Below, piece after piece: positions 49,993 to 58,300 of a stretch of 64,000 nucleotides of DNA. Position numbers and translations under genes: made by a program. The first letter of the stretch is position 1; each line of letters begins with the position of its first letter. The stretch comes from Planctomycetales bacterium (GTDB taxonomy: Bacteria > 4484-113): contig JBBIRS010000002.1 in the NCBI GenBank assembly GCA_037441675.1, positions 105,110-169,109 on the forward strand. Direction: 5' to 3'. The notes under the pieces are model-generated. The model searched no databases. It saw only the letters and a program-made list of their open reading frames with translations, and was not told the DNA's origin.

Positions 49993-49996
49993 TCAA

Positions 49997-51241
49997 TCAA
50001 TCAGAACAGATAATATGACCAAGTTTTGTAGCTTTAGTTTGAATATAATCTTGATTGAACTCATTACGGATGACTTCTAGTGGGATTGGAACACGTTCAA
50101 TTATGCTAATACCATAGGCCTCTAAACCAACCATTTTCTTGGGATTATTGGTGATTACCCTTATCTGCCTAACCCCTAAATCGCGGAGAATCTGAGCTCC
50201 GATACCATAATCTCTCATATCAGGCGGAAAACCGAGCTTAATGTTCGCCTCTACGGTGTCAAGACCAGTATCCTGAAGGTGATAAGCGCGGATTTTATTC
50301 ATAAGCCCAATGCCTCTTCCTTCCTGCATAAGGTAAAGAAGAACACCTTTGCCTTCGCGAGCAATTATCTCCATTGCATACCTAAGCTGTGGACCGCAAT
50401 CGCACCTCAAGCTACCGAGAACATCACCTGTAAGGCACTGGGAATGCACACGCACCAAAGTCGCCTCAGATTCATTTATGTCCCCAAAAACTAAGGCAAC
50501 ATGGTGTTCGCCGGTGGTTGGAACGTAGTAACCTATGATGCGGAAAGTTCCGTAGATGGTGGGGAGCTCCGCTTCATCCACCTTCTGCACAAGGGATTCC
50601 CGCAATAGACGATATCTGACAATATCCTTCACATGAACCAGTGGTATTTTATGCATTCTAGAAAAACGCAGAAGGTCAGGGAGTCTCGCCATTGTGCCAT
50701 CTTCATTCATAATCTCGCATACTACCGCACCTGGCTTAAGACCCGCCAATTTACAGAGATCAACGCTTCCTTCAGTTTGACCCACACGCTTCAACACTCC
50801 TCCGGACTCCGCTCTCAGGGGAAAGACATGGCCTGGTTTCGCAAGATCCCAAGGCTTACAATTTTCATCTATCAAAGCTTTAATAGTTGTAGCCCTATCA
50901 GCTGCGGAAATGCCAGTGGTCGTGCCTTTCTTTGCATCTACACTGATAGTAAAGGCGGTATTATGAATCGCTGTATTCTCCGACGTCATTAATGGAAGTT
51001 GGAGAGCTTCTACTCGTTCTTTCGTCAGGGGAACGCAAATTAATCCTCGCGCGTGCTTCGTCATAAAATTTATCTTTTCAGGAGTGCACATTTCAGCAGC
51101 GAGTACTAGGTCCCCTTCATTTTCACGCTCAAAGTCATCCATTAAAATGACAAAATTGCCTTGCTGAAGAGCGGATATAGCTTCTTCTATGCGCTTTTGA
51201 AAATCATCAGGATTCAATGATTCGTCCATAGAATCGTACAT
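49997..51241 (-). CDS. ribBA: Bifunctional 3,4-dihydroxy-2-butanone-4-phosphate synthase / GTP cyclohydrolase II
   Basis: DHBPS motif DFERENEGDLV and GCHII zinc motif CLTGDVLGSLRCDCG; 414 aa. Confidence 0.93.
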   Translation of the reverse strand: MYDSMDESLNPDDFQKRIEEAISALQQGNFVILMDDFERENEGDLVLAAEMCTPEKINFMTKHARGLICVPLTKERVEALQLPLMTSENTAIHNTAFTISVDAKKGTTTGISAADRATTIKALIDENCKPWDLAKPGHVFPLRAESGGVLKRVGQTEGSVDLCKLAGLKPGAVVCEIMNEDGTMARLPDLLRFSRMHKIPLVHVKDIVRYRLLRESLVQKVDEAELPTIYGTFRIIGYYVPTTGEHHVALVFGDINESEATLVRVHSQCLTGDVLGSLRCDCGPQLRYAMEIIAREGKGVLLYLMQEGRGIGLMNKIRAYHLQDTGLDTVEANIKLGFPPDMRDYGIGAQILRDLGVRQIRVITNNPKKMVGLEAYGISIIERVPIPLEVIRNEFNQDYIQTKATKLGHIICSD

Positions 51242-51292
51242 ACCCCTAAACTTAGATACCTTTGGGTGTTACTTTCTTGTTGTTAGTTAAAT

Positions 51293-51886
51293 TCAACAAA
51301 CTATGCTATGATACGTGCTCTTTACGATTACGTCAAACTCAATGTTTACAAAATCTTTAGCTCTTAACTTACCTAAGTTCGTGTGCTTCAGTGTATATGG
51401 AATAAGATTGATGAGAAGCCGATTTTTTGTAACCTCACGCACTGTTAGACTTACGCCGTTAATTGCAATACTAGCTCCTTCAAAAACATAGCGTTCCCAT
51501 GTGGCTGGAAGCTTTAGTTGAAGCTCCGCTTCAGTCTGCCTATTGTGCATCTTAAGCGAGATCACCTCTGAAATGCCATCCACATGGCCAAGAACAAAGT
51601 GCCCTCCAACTCTGTCACCAACTCTTAGGGGAAGCTCAAGATTAACCTTTGCCCCGGGTTTGAGGAATTGCAGATTCGTGCTTAGAAGCGTTTCTCTTAG
51701 TAGAGAGCTTTCAAAGCTTTCCCCCTCAATATTCTCGCAGGTTAGACAAACACCATTCACGGCGATGGAATCGCCACTTCTAAGTTCCAAAATGAGCTTC
51801 TTGCTTACCACCTGCAGATGCGCGTTATCTCTGCTTCTACTTATCCTCTTTACAACACCAACTTCACCAATCAATCCAGTAAACAC
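51293..51886 (-). CDS. ribE: Riboflavin synthase alpha chain
   Basis: MFTGLIGEVG N-terminus and two lumazine-binding repeats (GDSIAVNGVCLT and GASIAINGVSLT). Confidence 0.9.
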   Translation of the reverse strand: MFTGLIGEVGVVKRISRSRDNAHLQVVSKKLILELRSGDSIAVNGVCLTCENIEGESFESSLLRETLLSTNLQFLKPGAKVNLELPLRVGDRVGGHFVLGHVDGISEVISLKMHNRQTEAELQLKLPATWERYVFEGASIAINGVSLTVREVTKNRLLINLIPYTLKHTNLGKLRAKDFVNIEFDVIVKSTYHSIVC

Positions 51887-52017
51887 GCAATCCTAAGTAT
51901 ACATCCAAATTGTTAAAAGCTTATCATAATCGGCAAAAAACATATAGTTGGAAACCAAACGAAGTGGCAATCATCACTGTTAATGCTTAAAATTCCCACA
52001 CGGGGAAACTAAACAGC

Positions 52018-52224
52018 TCATCCTCCACCAAAGCCGACAGTCACCTTATTATTCTCATCCACAATGACGGGAACAATGCGACCGCCCGATATCTTAACCA
52101 TCTCTTCTATCCTTTCCTTCTGTTCGGAAAGATTTATCTCTGTGAAATTGACACCACGTTTGCGCAAGTCCTCCAAAGCCTTAGCGCAGTAAGGACATCC
52201 TGTCTTTGTATAAATGGTAACCAT
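52018..52224 (-). CDS. Glutaredoxin-like small redox protein
   Basis: 68 aa, CPYC active site, thioredoxin fold. Confidence 0.8.
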   Translation of the reverse strand: MVTIYTKTGCPYCAKALEDLRKRGVNFTEINLSEQKERIEEMVKISGGRIVPVIVDENNKVTVGFGGG

Positions 52225-52436
52225 ACTTCAAATTATACCTTTGAGGTTAGTCCAATAATTTTGCTTAGAGTTGTACTTAAGCTTTAGCAAAATACTCTTC
52301 TCGCCTACCCTAAAAACAAAACCGATCTGTTCAAATGGCTATGCTAATATAATATCTGAGTAAGTCATCATACGGAGGAAGGCAAGCCCAGTCATCCCGA
52401 TCAAGCATAGCAAAAAAAATAATTCGGGAGAAGACA

Positions 52437-53852
52437 ATGGGCAAAACAAAACCTACTTACTGGAAACCGCCAAAGGACTTAAAGAACCTGATTGCATTAG
52501 AACCATTCAGGATAAAGATGGTTGAACATTCACCTCTAGTCAGCAGAGAAAGAAGGGAAAAAGCTCTTGCTGAAGCTCATTATAACGTCTTCAACCTGAA
52601 GAGTAAGGACATATATATTGATCTTCTGACTGACTCTGGAACATCAGCCATGAGTAGCAATCAATGGTCCGAACTTCTACTTGGCGATGAATCCTATGCA
52701 GGCTCATCCTCCTTTGACAAATTGCGGGAAACAGTGGAAGACATTTTTGGATACAAGTTCGTGTTACCAGCTCATCAGGGGAGAAGCGCCGAGCTTGTCT
52801 TAATGAGTCATTTTGTAAAGCCAGATTGTTTGGTCCCGGGCAATATGCACTTTGATACAACCTCAGCTCATATTGAGTTTCAAGGAGGGATCCCAATAAA
52901 CTTTCCGCACCCAAGCTTGTTTAACTTAGAGGATCGCATTATGTTCAAAGGGAACGTTGATTTGGACGCCCTATCCACCTTTCTTAAAAAGAACCACAAG
53001 AAAGTACCATTAGTGATTATCACTGCAACATCCAATTCAGGAGGCGGTCAGCCTATCTCCCTTGAAAATATAAAAGAGTTGAGCAAGCTCTGTTACAGGT
53101 ATAACACGCCACTTTTTATTGATTCAGCGCGGGTAATTGAGAATGCCTACTTTATTAAAACTTATGAGGCAGGTCATCAAAAAAAATCTATCAAATCTAT
53201 TCTAAGAGAGATAATGTCCCACGCTACCGGGATGATAATGAGTGCAAAGAAAGATGGCTTGGTGAATATCGGCGGATTCATCGCGGTAAATGATGAAAAG
53301 CTTTACAACCAGCTGAAGGAATACACGATTCTTTTTGACGGTTTCATCACCTATGGAGGACTCGCTGGTAGAGATTTAATGGCAATTGCCCAAGGGTTGA
53401 AGGAAGCTACAGACCTTTCGTACTTAAAGTACCGAATTTCTCAGATTGCATACCTTTGTCTTACGCTAGAAAGGGAAAACATTAGGGTAATGATGCCTCC
53501 TGGTGGACATGCAGTTTATGTTGATGGGCTTTCTTTCTGCCCTCATTTGAAGGTGACAGAGTATCCCGCTTGCGCCCTCACGTTAGCCTTATACTTGGAG
53601 GGTGGAATAAGGGCTTGCGAAGTTGGTATTGTTCTTGCTGGTAGAGACCCTAAAACAGGCAAGGAAAGATTAAATGGTCTTGACCTAATGCGTCTCGCAA
53701 TCCCACGTAGAGTTTACTCATTCAACCAATTAAATTACGTTGCTGATATCCTTGTTGAGCTTAAAAGAAAATCTTATAAAATTAGAGGTGTAAGATTTGT
53801 GGAAGAAGCACGAGTTTTGCGTCATTTTACATCTAAATTCGCGTTAATTTAG
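52437..53852 (+). CDS. Beta-eliminating lyase (tryptophanase / tyrosine phenol-lyase family)
   Basis: 471 aa. PLP-lysine region SAKKDGLVNIGG and N-terminal EPFRIKMVE. I cannot discriminate Trp from Tyr specificity. Confidence 0.85.
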   Translation: MGKTKPTYWKPPKDLKNLIALEPFRIKMVEHSPLVSRERREKALAEAHYNVFNLKSKDIYIDLLTDSGTSAMSSNQWSELLLGDESYAGSSSFDKLRETVEDIFGYKFVLPAHQGRSAELVLMSHFVKPDCLVPGNMHFDTTSAHIEFQGGIPINFPHPSLFNLEDRIMFKGNVDLDALSTFLKKNHKKVPLVIITATSNSGGGQPISLENIKELSKLCYRYNTPLFIDSARVIENAYFIKTYEAGHQKKSIKSILREIMSHATGMIMSAKKDGLVNIGGFIAVNDEKLYNQLKEYTILFDGFITYGGLAGRDLMAIAQGLKEATDLSYLKYRISQIAYLCLTLERENIRVMMPPGGHAVYVDGLSFCPHLKVTEYPACALTLALYLEGGIRACEVGIVLAGRDPKTGKERLNGLDLMRLAIPRRVYSFNQLNYVADILVELKRKSYKIRGVRFVEEARVLRHFTSKFALI

Positions 53853-53915
53853 CTCTTGTGGATTTATTGGTAGTATTTTCCCCCTTGAATTTCACTATTT
53901 TTTTAGGAACAGACT

Positions 53916-55253
53916 ATGAATGAGACACGAGTTGTAATCTTGGGAGCGGCTGGACGCGATTTCCATAACTTCAACTGCATCTTCCGGGATAATGCGTCTT
54001 ATAGAGTTATTGCATTTACCGCTACCCAAATTCCAGAGATAGAAGGAAGGCTTTACCCTCCGTCCCTCGCAGGAAAACGATACCCCGAAGGCATTTCGAT
54101 ACTCTCAATGGATGATTTAGAGAGCTTAATTAACAAATTTGATGTGGATGAGTGTTACTTCAGTTACTCAGACACATCTTACACAGAGGTAATGCAGGTT
54201 GCATCAAGAGTACTTAGCGCTGGAGCTAAATTTTGCCTCCTTCCTCCTTCCCTTACAATGCTAAGCGTTGAAAAACCCGCCATTGGAGTTGTTGCGGTTC
54301 GGACCGGCAGTGGCAAGAGCCAGACAGCGCGATTCATCGCAAGGACACTAAATTCAATGGGAAAGAGGGTTGCGGTGGTGCGTCATCCAATGGCATATGG
54401 CAATTTGGAGATGCAGAGGGTTCAGAAGTTTGAAGAGTTTGAAGATTTGAATAGGTATCAGTGCACCATTGAAGAGAGAGAGGAGTATGAGCACCACATC
54501 AGAGCTGGTAATCTCGTTTTTGCAGGGGTGGATTATGCAGAGGTACTCAAATGCGCGGAGCAATCCGCTGACATCATACTTTGGGATGGCGGTAATAATG
54601 ATACTCCCTTTGTAAAAACAGACCTATTAATCACCGTTGCCGACCCACTAAGGGCTGGTCATGAACGGCTTTACTACCCCGGTGAAATTAATTTAATGCT
54701 CGCGGACGTTGTTATCATTAATAAGGTTGATTGCGCAGAGGCGTGGCAAGTTGAAACCATTGAGCAGAATGCGAAGCTCATAAATCCAAAAGCTAGGATA
54801 ATTTGTACGCGCTCGCCAGTAACAGTTGATAATCCGGAGTTGATAAAAGGCAAAAGGGTACTGTGCGTGGAAGACGGTCCTACACTCACTCATGGTGAAA
54901 TGGCATATGGAGCTGCGTTCATTGCTGCAAAGAAATACGGCGCTAAGGAGATTATCTCTCCCAAGAATTTTGCAGTAGGATCAATTCACCAAGCCTTTAT
55001 GAAGTATAAGCACCTCAAAGATGTGCTCCCAGCACTAGGTTACTCTAAACATCAGCTAAAAGAGCTGGAAGAAACAATAGCGCGCGTTCCCTGCGATACA
55101 GTTATAGTCGGAACTCCAATTGACCTAGCAAAGATTATCAAAACTGTTCAACCGATGGTGCGCGCATACTATAGACTAGAAGAGATAGAGCAGGGTTCAA
55201 TCCTCAATATAATTCAAAGAACTCTGGATGAATTTCCTGCTCTTAAGAAGTGA
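53916..55253 (+). CDS. COG2403-type P-loop protein (annotated in databases as GTPase or cyclic 2,3-diphosphoglycerate synthetase-like)
   Basis: N-terminal ILGAAGRDFHNFN, Walker A VRTGSGKSQT, INKVD-like motif; 445 aa. The family name is recalled from memory. Confidence 0.55.
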   Translation: MNETRVVILGAAGRDFHNFNCIFRDNASYRVIAFTATQIPEIEGRLYPPSLAGKRYPEGISILSMDDLESLINKFDVDECYFSYSDTSYTEVMQVASRVLSAGAKFCLLPPSLTMLSVEKPAIGVVAVRTGSGKSQTARFIARTLNSMGKRVAVVRHPMAYGNLEMQRVQKFEEFEDLNRYQCTIEEREEYEHHIRAGNLVFAGVDYAEVLKCAEQSADIILWDGGNNDTPFVKTDLLITVADPLRAGHERLYYPGEINLMLADVVIINKVDCAEAWQVETIEQNAKLINPKARIICTRSPVTVDNPELIKGKRVLCVEDGPTLTHGEMAYGAAFIAAKKYGAKEIISPKNFAVGSIHQAFMKYKHLKDVLPALGYSKHQLKELEETIARVPCDTVIVGTPIDLAKIIKTVQPMVRAYYRLEEIEQGSILNIIQRTLDEFPALKK

Positions 55254-55323
55254 AGCCCACGTAAGCTGATTCTTCAACTAAACATTTAGGTAATTCATTA
55301 TTCTATTCAGAAGAAAAAGAAGA

Positions 55324-55347
55324 AGGGGTGGAACAAAGCCCACCCCT
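55324..55347 (-). terminator. Intrinsic terminator downstream of hup
   Basis: Stem AGGGGTGG/CCACCCCT with an 8-nt loop. On the minus strand it is followed by TTCTTCTTTTTCTTC. Confidence 0.7.
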
Positions 55348-55398
55348 CGTCATAAACAAACAAGTTTATAGCTACCAGAAATTTTAGAGACTTGAGAA

Positions 55399-55683
55399 TT
55401 AACTAACCTGATCTTTGAGTGCTTTACCAGCAGTGAACTTCGGCACTTTGCGAGCGGGGATCTCTATCTTAGCGCCAGTCTGAGGATTTACCCCGGTTCT
55501 CTTCTTCCGCTTAGCGACACCGAATGTGCCAAATCCGGTAAGCTGAACTTTACCACCTTTCTTCAGGGTTTGGGTGATTACATCTAGAGCAGCATCCACT
55601 GCCGCCTTGGCTTTTGTTTTCTCAATTCCAGCATGCTTTGCCACTTGCTCGACGAGTTCTGTTTTTCCAATGGCTCCTGCCAT
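55399..55683 (-). CDS. hup: Nucleoid protein HU
   Basis: GFGTFGVAKRKKRTGVNPQTGAKIEIPA arm motif. The ATG at 55683 follows AAGGAGGT. The track start at 55725 is an upstream over-extension. Confidence 0.93.
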   Translation of the reverse strand: MAGAIGKTELVEQVAKHAGIEKTKAKAAVDAALDVITQTLKKGGKVQLTGFGTFGVAKRKKRTGVNPQTGAKIEIPARKVPKFTAGKALKDQVS

Positions 55684-55885
55684 ATTTCTGACCTCCTTTA
55701 ATTTAAGATAATAGTTTTGTAGCACATTTTATGCTGATTGACAAGGGGTTTTGCCAATTAGAATGCGGATTTTCCCAAGATAGTAACTTCAAAATACGCA
55801 TAAAATCTGATAATTTTGATAGTTATGCTTTAGTTTTATTGGATTCGTCACACTTTTAAGAGACAGAGGCTCGCCAGACTATTTC

Positions 55886-55914
55886 TTGATTAACAGTAAA
55901 ATGCAGTTTATAAT
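55886..55914 (+). promoter_or_regulatory. Sigma70-type promoter for scoA
   Basis: TTGATT, 17-nt spacer, TATAAT, about 45 nt upstream of the ATG at 55959. Confidence 0.5.
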
Positions 55915-55958
55915 CGATTAAGTTTGGTTTCATAATTAAGACCTGTTAGGAGGGAATT

Positions 55959-56717
55959 ATGGTAAGAGTTGTCTCAAATGCATTAGAAGCATTGAAGTCC
56001 GCAGGGGTTCGAGATGGTATGACGATAATGGCAGGAGGGTTTGGGCTTTGCGGCATTCCAGAAAATTGCATTAGCGCGCTAAGGGAATTGGGCGTAAAAG
56101 ATTTAACTGTAATGTCAAACAATGCTGGTGTAGACGATTTTGGTCTTGGTCTTTTAATGCAGACAAAACAGATAAAAAAGATGATTGCCACATACGTGGG
56201 GGAAAATAATATCTTTGAACAGCAGTACCTCTCCGGAGAACTTGAACTTGAGCTAAACCCTCAAGGAACATTCGCGGAAAGGATTCGTGCTGCTGGGGCT
56301 GGCATTCCCGCTTTCTACACTCCCACAGGTTACGGCACCCCAATCAGCGAAGGCGGATTAATAATTAAATACACTAAAGACGGAAAGCCGGAAATAGTAT
56401 CACAACCTAAAGAGGTGCGAGAGTTTGATGGGAAGATGTACGTGCTTGAGCGTTGGCTAAAGGCTGATTTAGCCATAATTAAAGCATGGAAAGGTGACAA
56501 GATGGGTAACCTCGTCTACAGGTATACCGCAAGAAACTTTAATCCGATGATGGCTACCGCCGCAGATATAACAATTGCTGAAGTTGAAGAGCTTGTTGAA
56601 ATTGGAGAACTTAATCCAGATTGCATTCATACACCAGGCATCTACGTGGATTTTATATTTCAAGGCGTAGGCTACGAGAAGAGAATTGAACAGAGAACAG
56701 CCCTGAAAAAAGCCTAG
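55959..56717 (+). CDS. scoA: 3-oxoacid CoA-transferase subunit A
   Basis: AGGFGLCGIPE motif, ELELNPQGTFAERIRAAGAGIPAFYT, C-terminal AEVEELVEIGELNPDCIHTPGIYVD. Confidence 0.88.
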   Translation: MVRVVSNALEALKSAGVRDGMTIMAGGFGLCGIPENCISALRELGVKDLTVMSNNAGVDDFGLGLLMQTKQIKKMIATYVGENNIFEQQYLSGELELELNPQGTFAERIRAAGAGIPAFYTPTGYGTPISEGGLIIKYTKDGKPEIVSQPKEVREFDGKMYVLERWLKADLAIIKAWKGDKMGNLVYRYTARNFNPMMATAADITIAEVEELVEIGELNPDCIHTPGIYVDFIFQGVGYEKRIEQRTALKKA

Positions 56718-56818
56718 CGGAAATACTTATTCTATCTGCCATCATAGACATTCATCTGCTCTTATTTCCCTCATTTTGCTTTCCTTTCATGTGGGTAGCG
56801 TGTAGGGTATCATCCCAA

Positions 56819-58228
56819 TCAATCGGGAAAAATCTTTCCCGGGTTGAGTATCCCATCTGGATCAAAAACACTTTTAATTGCCCTTTGGATTCTTATCTCG
56901 CTTTCGGATAGTTGAAGCGGAAGAAAATTTCTCTTTTGGATGCCTATTCCATGCTCCGCCGCTATACTTCCGCCCATTTCAACAACAGTCTTGAAAAGTT
57001 CAGGAAGCATTTCTTTAACTGCTGGAATTCTAGGGTCATTCTTGTCATCCATCAAGAAACTAACATGCAGATTGCCATGACCGAGATGCCCATAAATTAC
57101 AGGATGCGGGACTGGCTCTTTTACAATCCTGCGTAGCCTATTTACAAATTCAGCCACCTGCGCTCTAGGTATTGCCACATCCTGCTCAAGTCGGTAGGAT
57201 GCGACTTGGAAGAGTGTTGGAGCCATACTCTTCCTAACGTCCCATAGAACCTCGCGCTCATTCTCTTCTTCCGCTTCACGCCAACTAAGGAGCCTATACC
57301 TTGAGCAGACTTCATTTATTCTGCCAATTTCAGCTCGAGTCGCTTCGGAATGGGAACCGTCAACCTCTAGTAGAAGGGCGGACTTGCATTCGAGATGCAA
57401 CAAAGATAGCTCGCGACCGCGCCTTACGCAATTTAACGCTTCTTCGCCAATAAATTCTAACGAGCGTGGAACTATGCCTGACTTGATAATATCGGCGGAA
57501 CAATTTAAGGCATCCTCCTCGCTCTCAAATTGGGCAAAGGCACAACGGATTGATGATGGTTTAGGTATAAGTCTCAGCGTAATTTCAAGTATCACTGCGA
57601 GTGTGCCCTCGCTACCCACAATTAAGCTCACTAAGTCATAGCCTGCAACATTCATAGTGGTGTAAACACCGGTGGTGAAAACTTCCCCACTAGGAATAAC
57701 GCACTTCACAGCTAGAACATAATTCCTCGTGCTACCATACTTGACAACCCGCATCCCGCCAGCGTTCTCAGCTGCGTTACCGCCTATGGTGCAAAAAGCA
57801 CTACTACCTGGGTCTGGCGGATAAAATAATCCATACTTCTCAACTTCACTCTGTAAATCACCTGTCACCACTCCTGGCTCAACAACTGCGGTTAAATTAT
57901 CCCTATCTATCTTCAGTATTCGGTTTAACCGAGTAAAGTTAAGAACTATCCCTGATTCAGTAGGCACAAAGCTTCCCACCATGCCAGAGGCTGCCCCACG
58001 AGAGAAGATGGGTATTTTGTACTTCCCAGCTAATTTGACAACGGTTATTGCTTCTTCTTGCGTTTTGGGAGAAATAACAGCGTTTGCAAGCCCTTGCTCC
58101 TTTGAAGCATCCGTTGAATGCATTACTATGTCCGCTATATCAGTGGAGATTGAGACATCGTTAACCTTACCCCTCAGCTCCTTCAAAAAAGAACCAAACC
58201 GTTCTCTGAAATCACCTTGCATTAACAC
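56819..58228 (-). CDS. FAD-linked oxidase (GlcD / D-lactate dehydrogenase family)
   Basis: 469 aa. PCMH-type FAD-binding domain (FSRGAASGMVG, NAAENAGG). C-terminal EHGIG...DP.GILNPGKIF. Confidence 0.88.
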   Translation of the reverse strand: MLMQGDFRERFGSFLKELRGKVNDVSISTDIADIVMHSTDASKEQGLANAVISPKTQEEAITVVKLAGKYKIPIFSRGAASGMVGSFVPTESGIVLNFTRLNRILKIDRDNLTAVVEPGVVTGDLQSEVEKYGLFYPPDPGSSAFCTIGGNAAENAGGMRVVKYGSTRNYVLAVKCVIPSGEVFTTGVYTTMNVAGYDLVSLIVGSEGTLAVILEITLRLIPKPSSIRCAFAQFESEEDALNCSADIIKSGIVPRSLEFIGEEALNCVRRGRELSLLHLECKSALLLEVDGSHSEATRAEIGRINEVCSRYRLLSWREAEEENEREVLWDVRKSMAPTLFQVASYRLEQDVAIPRAQVAEFVNRLRRIVKEPVPHPVIYGHLGHGNLHVSFLMDDKNDPRIPAVKEMLPELFKTVVEMGGSIAAEHGIGIQKRNFLPLQLSESEIRIQRAIKSVFDPDGILNPGKIFPD

Positions 58229-58300
58229 TATTTTACTACCTCACTGTCACTGAATAGTTTTTGGGTTTGCTATGTTACTAGTTACAATAAAAAACTCTAT

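Noticed and set aside
51887-52017. Possible FMN riboswitch upstream of ribE-ribBA
   Set aside because: The 131-nt minus-strand leader lacks the conserved RFN core (no GGGCAGGGTGAAATTCCC-type or CCGACAGT-type segments). Only a vague TTTGG..TTCCAA resemblance is present.
52225-52436. tnaC-like leader peptide or riboswitch upstream of the tryptophanase-family gene
   Set aside because: Only a 5-codon ORF (MAMLI) without Trp is present. A 7-bp inverted repeat (GCTATGC...GCATAGC) exists, but I could not match the region to any known riboswitch consensus.
53916-55253. Calling this gene a genuine cyclic 2,3-diphosphoglycerate synthetase (thermoadaptation)
   Set aside because: The N-terminus (GAAGRDFHNFN) differs from the archaeal enzyme as I remember it. 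Only the generic P-loop family can be supported without a database search.
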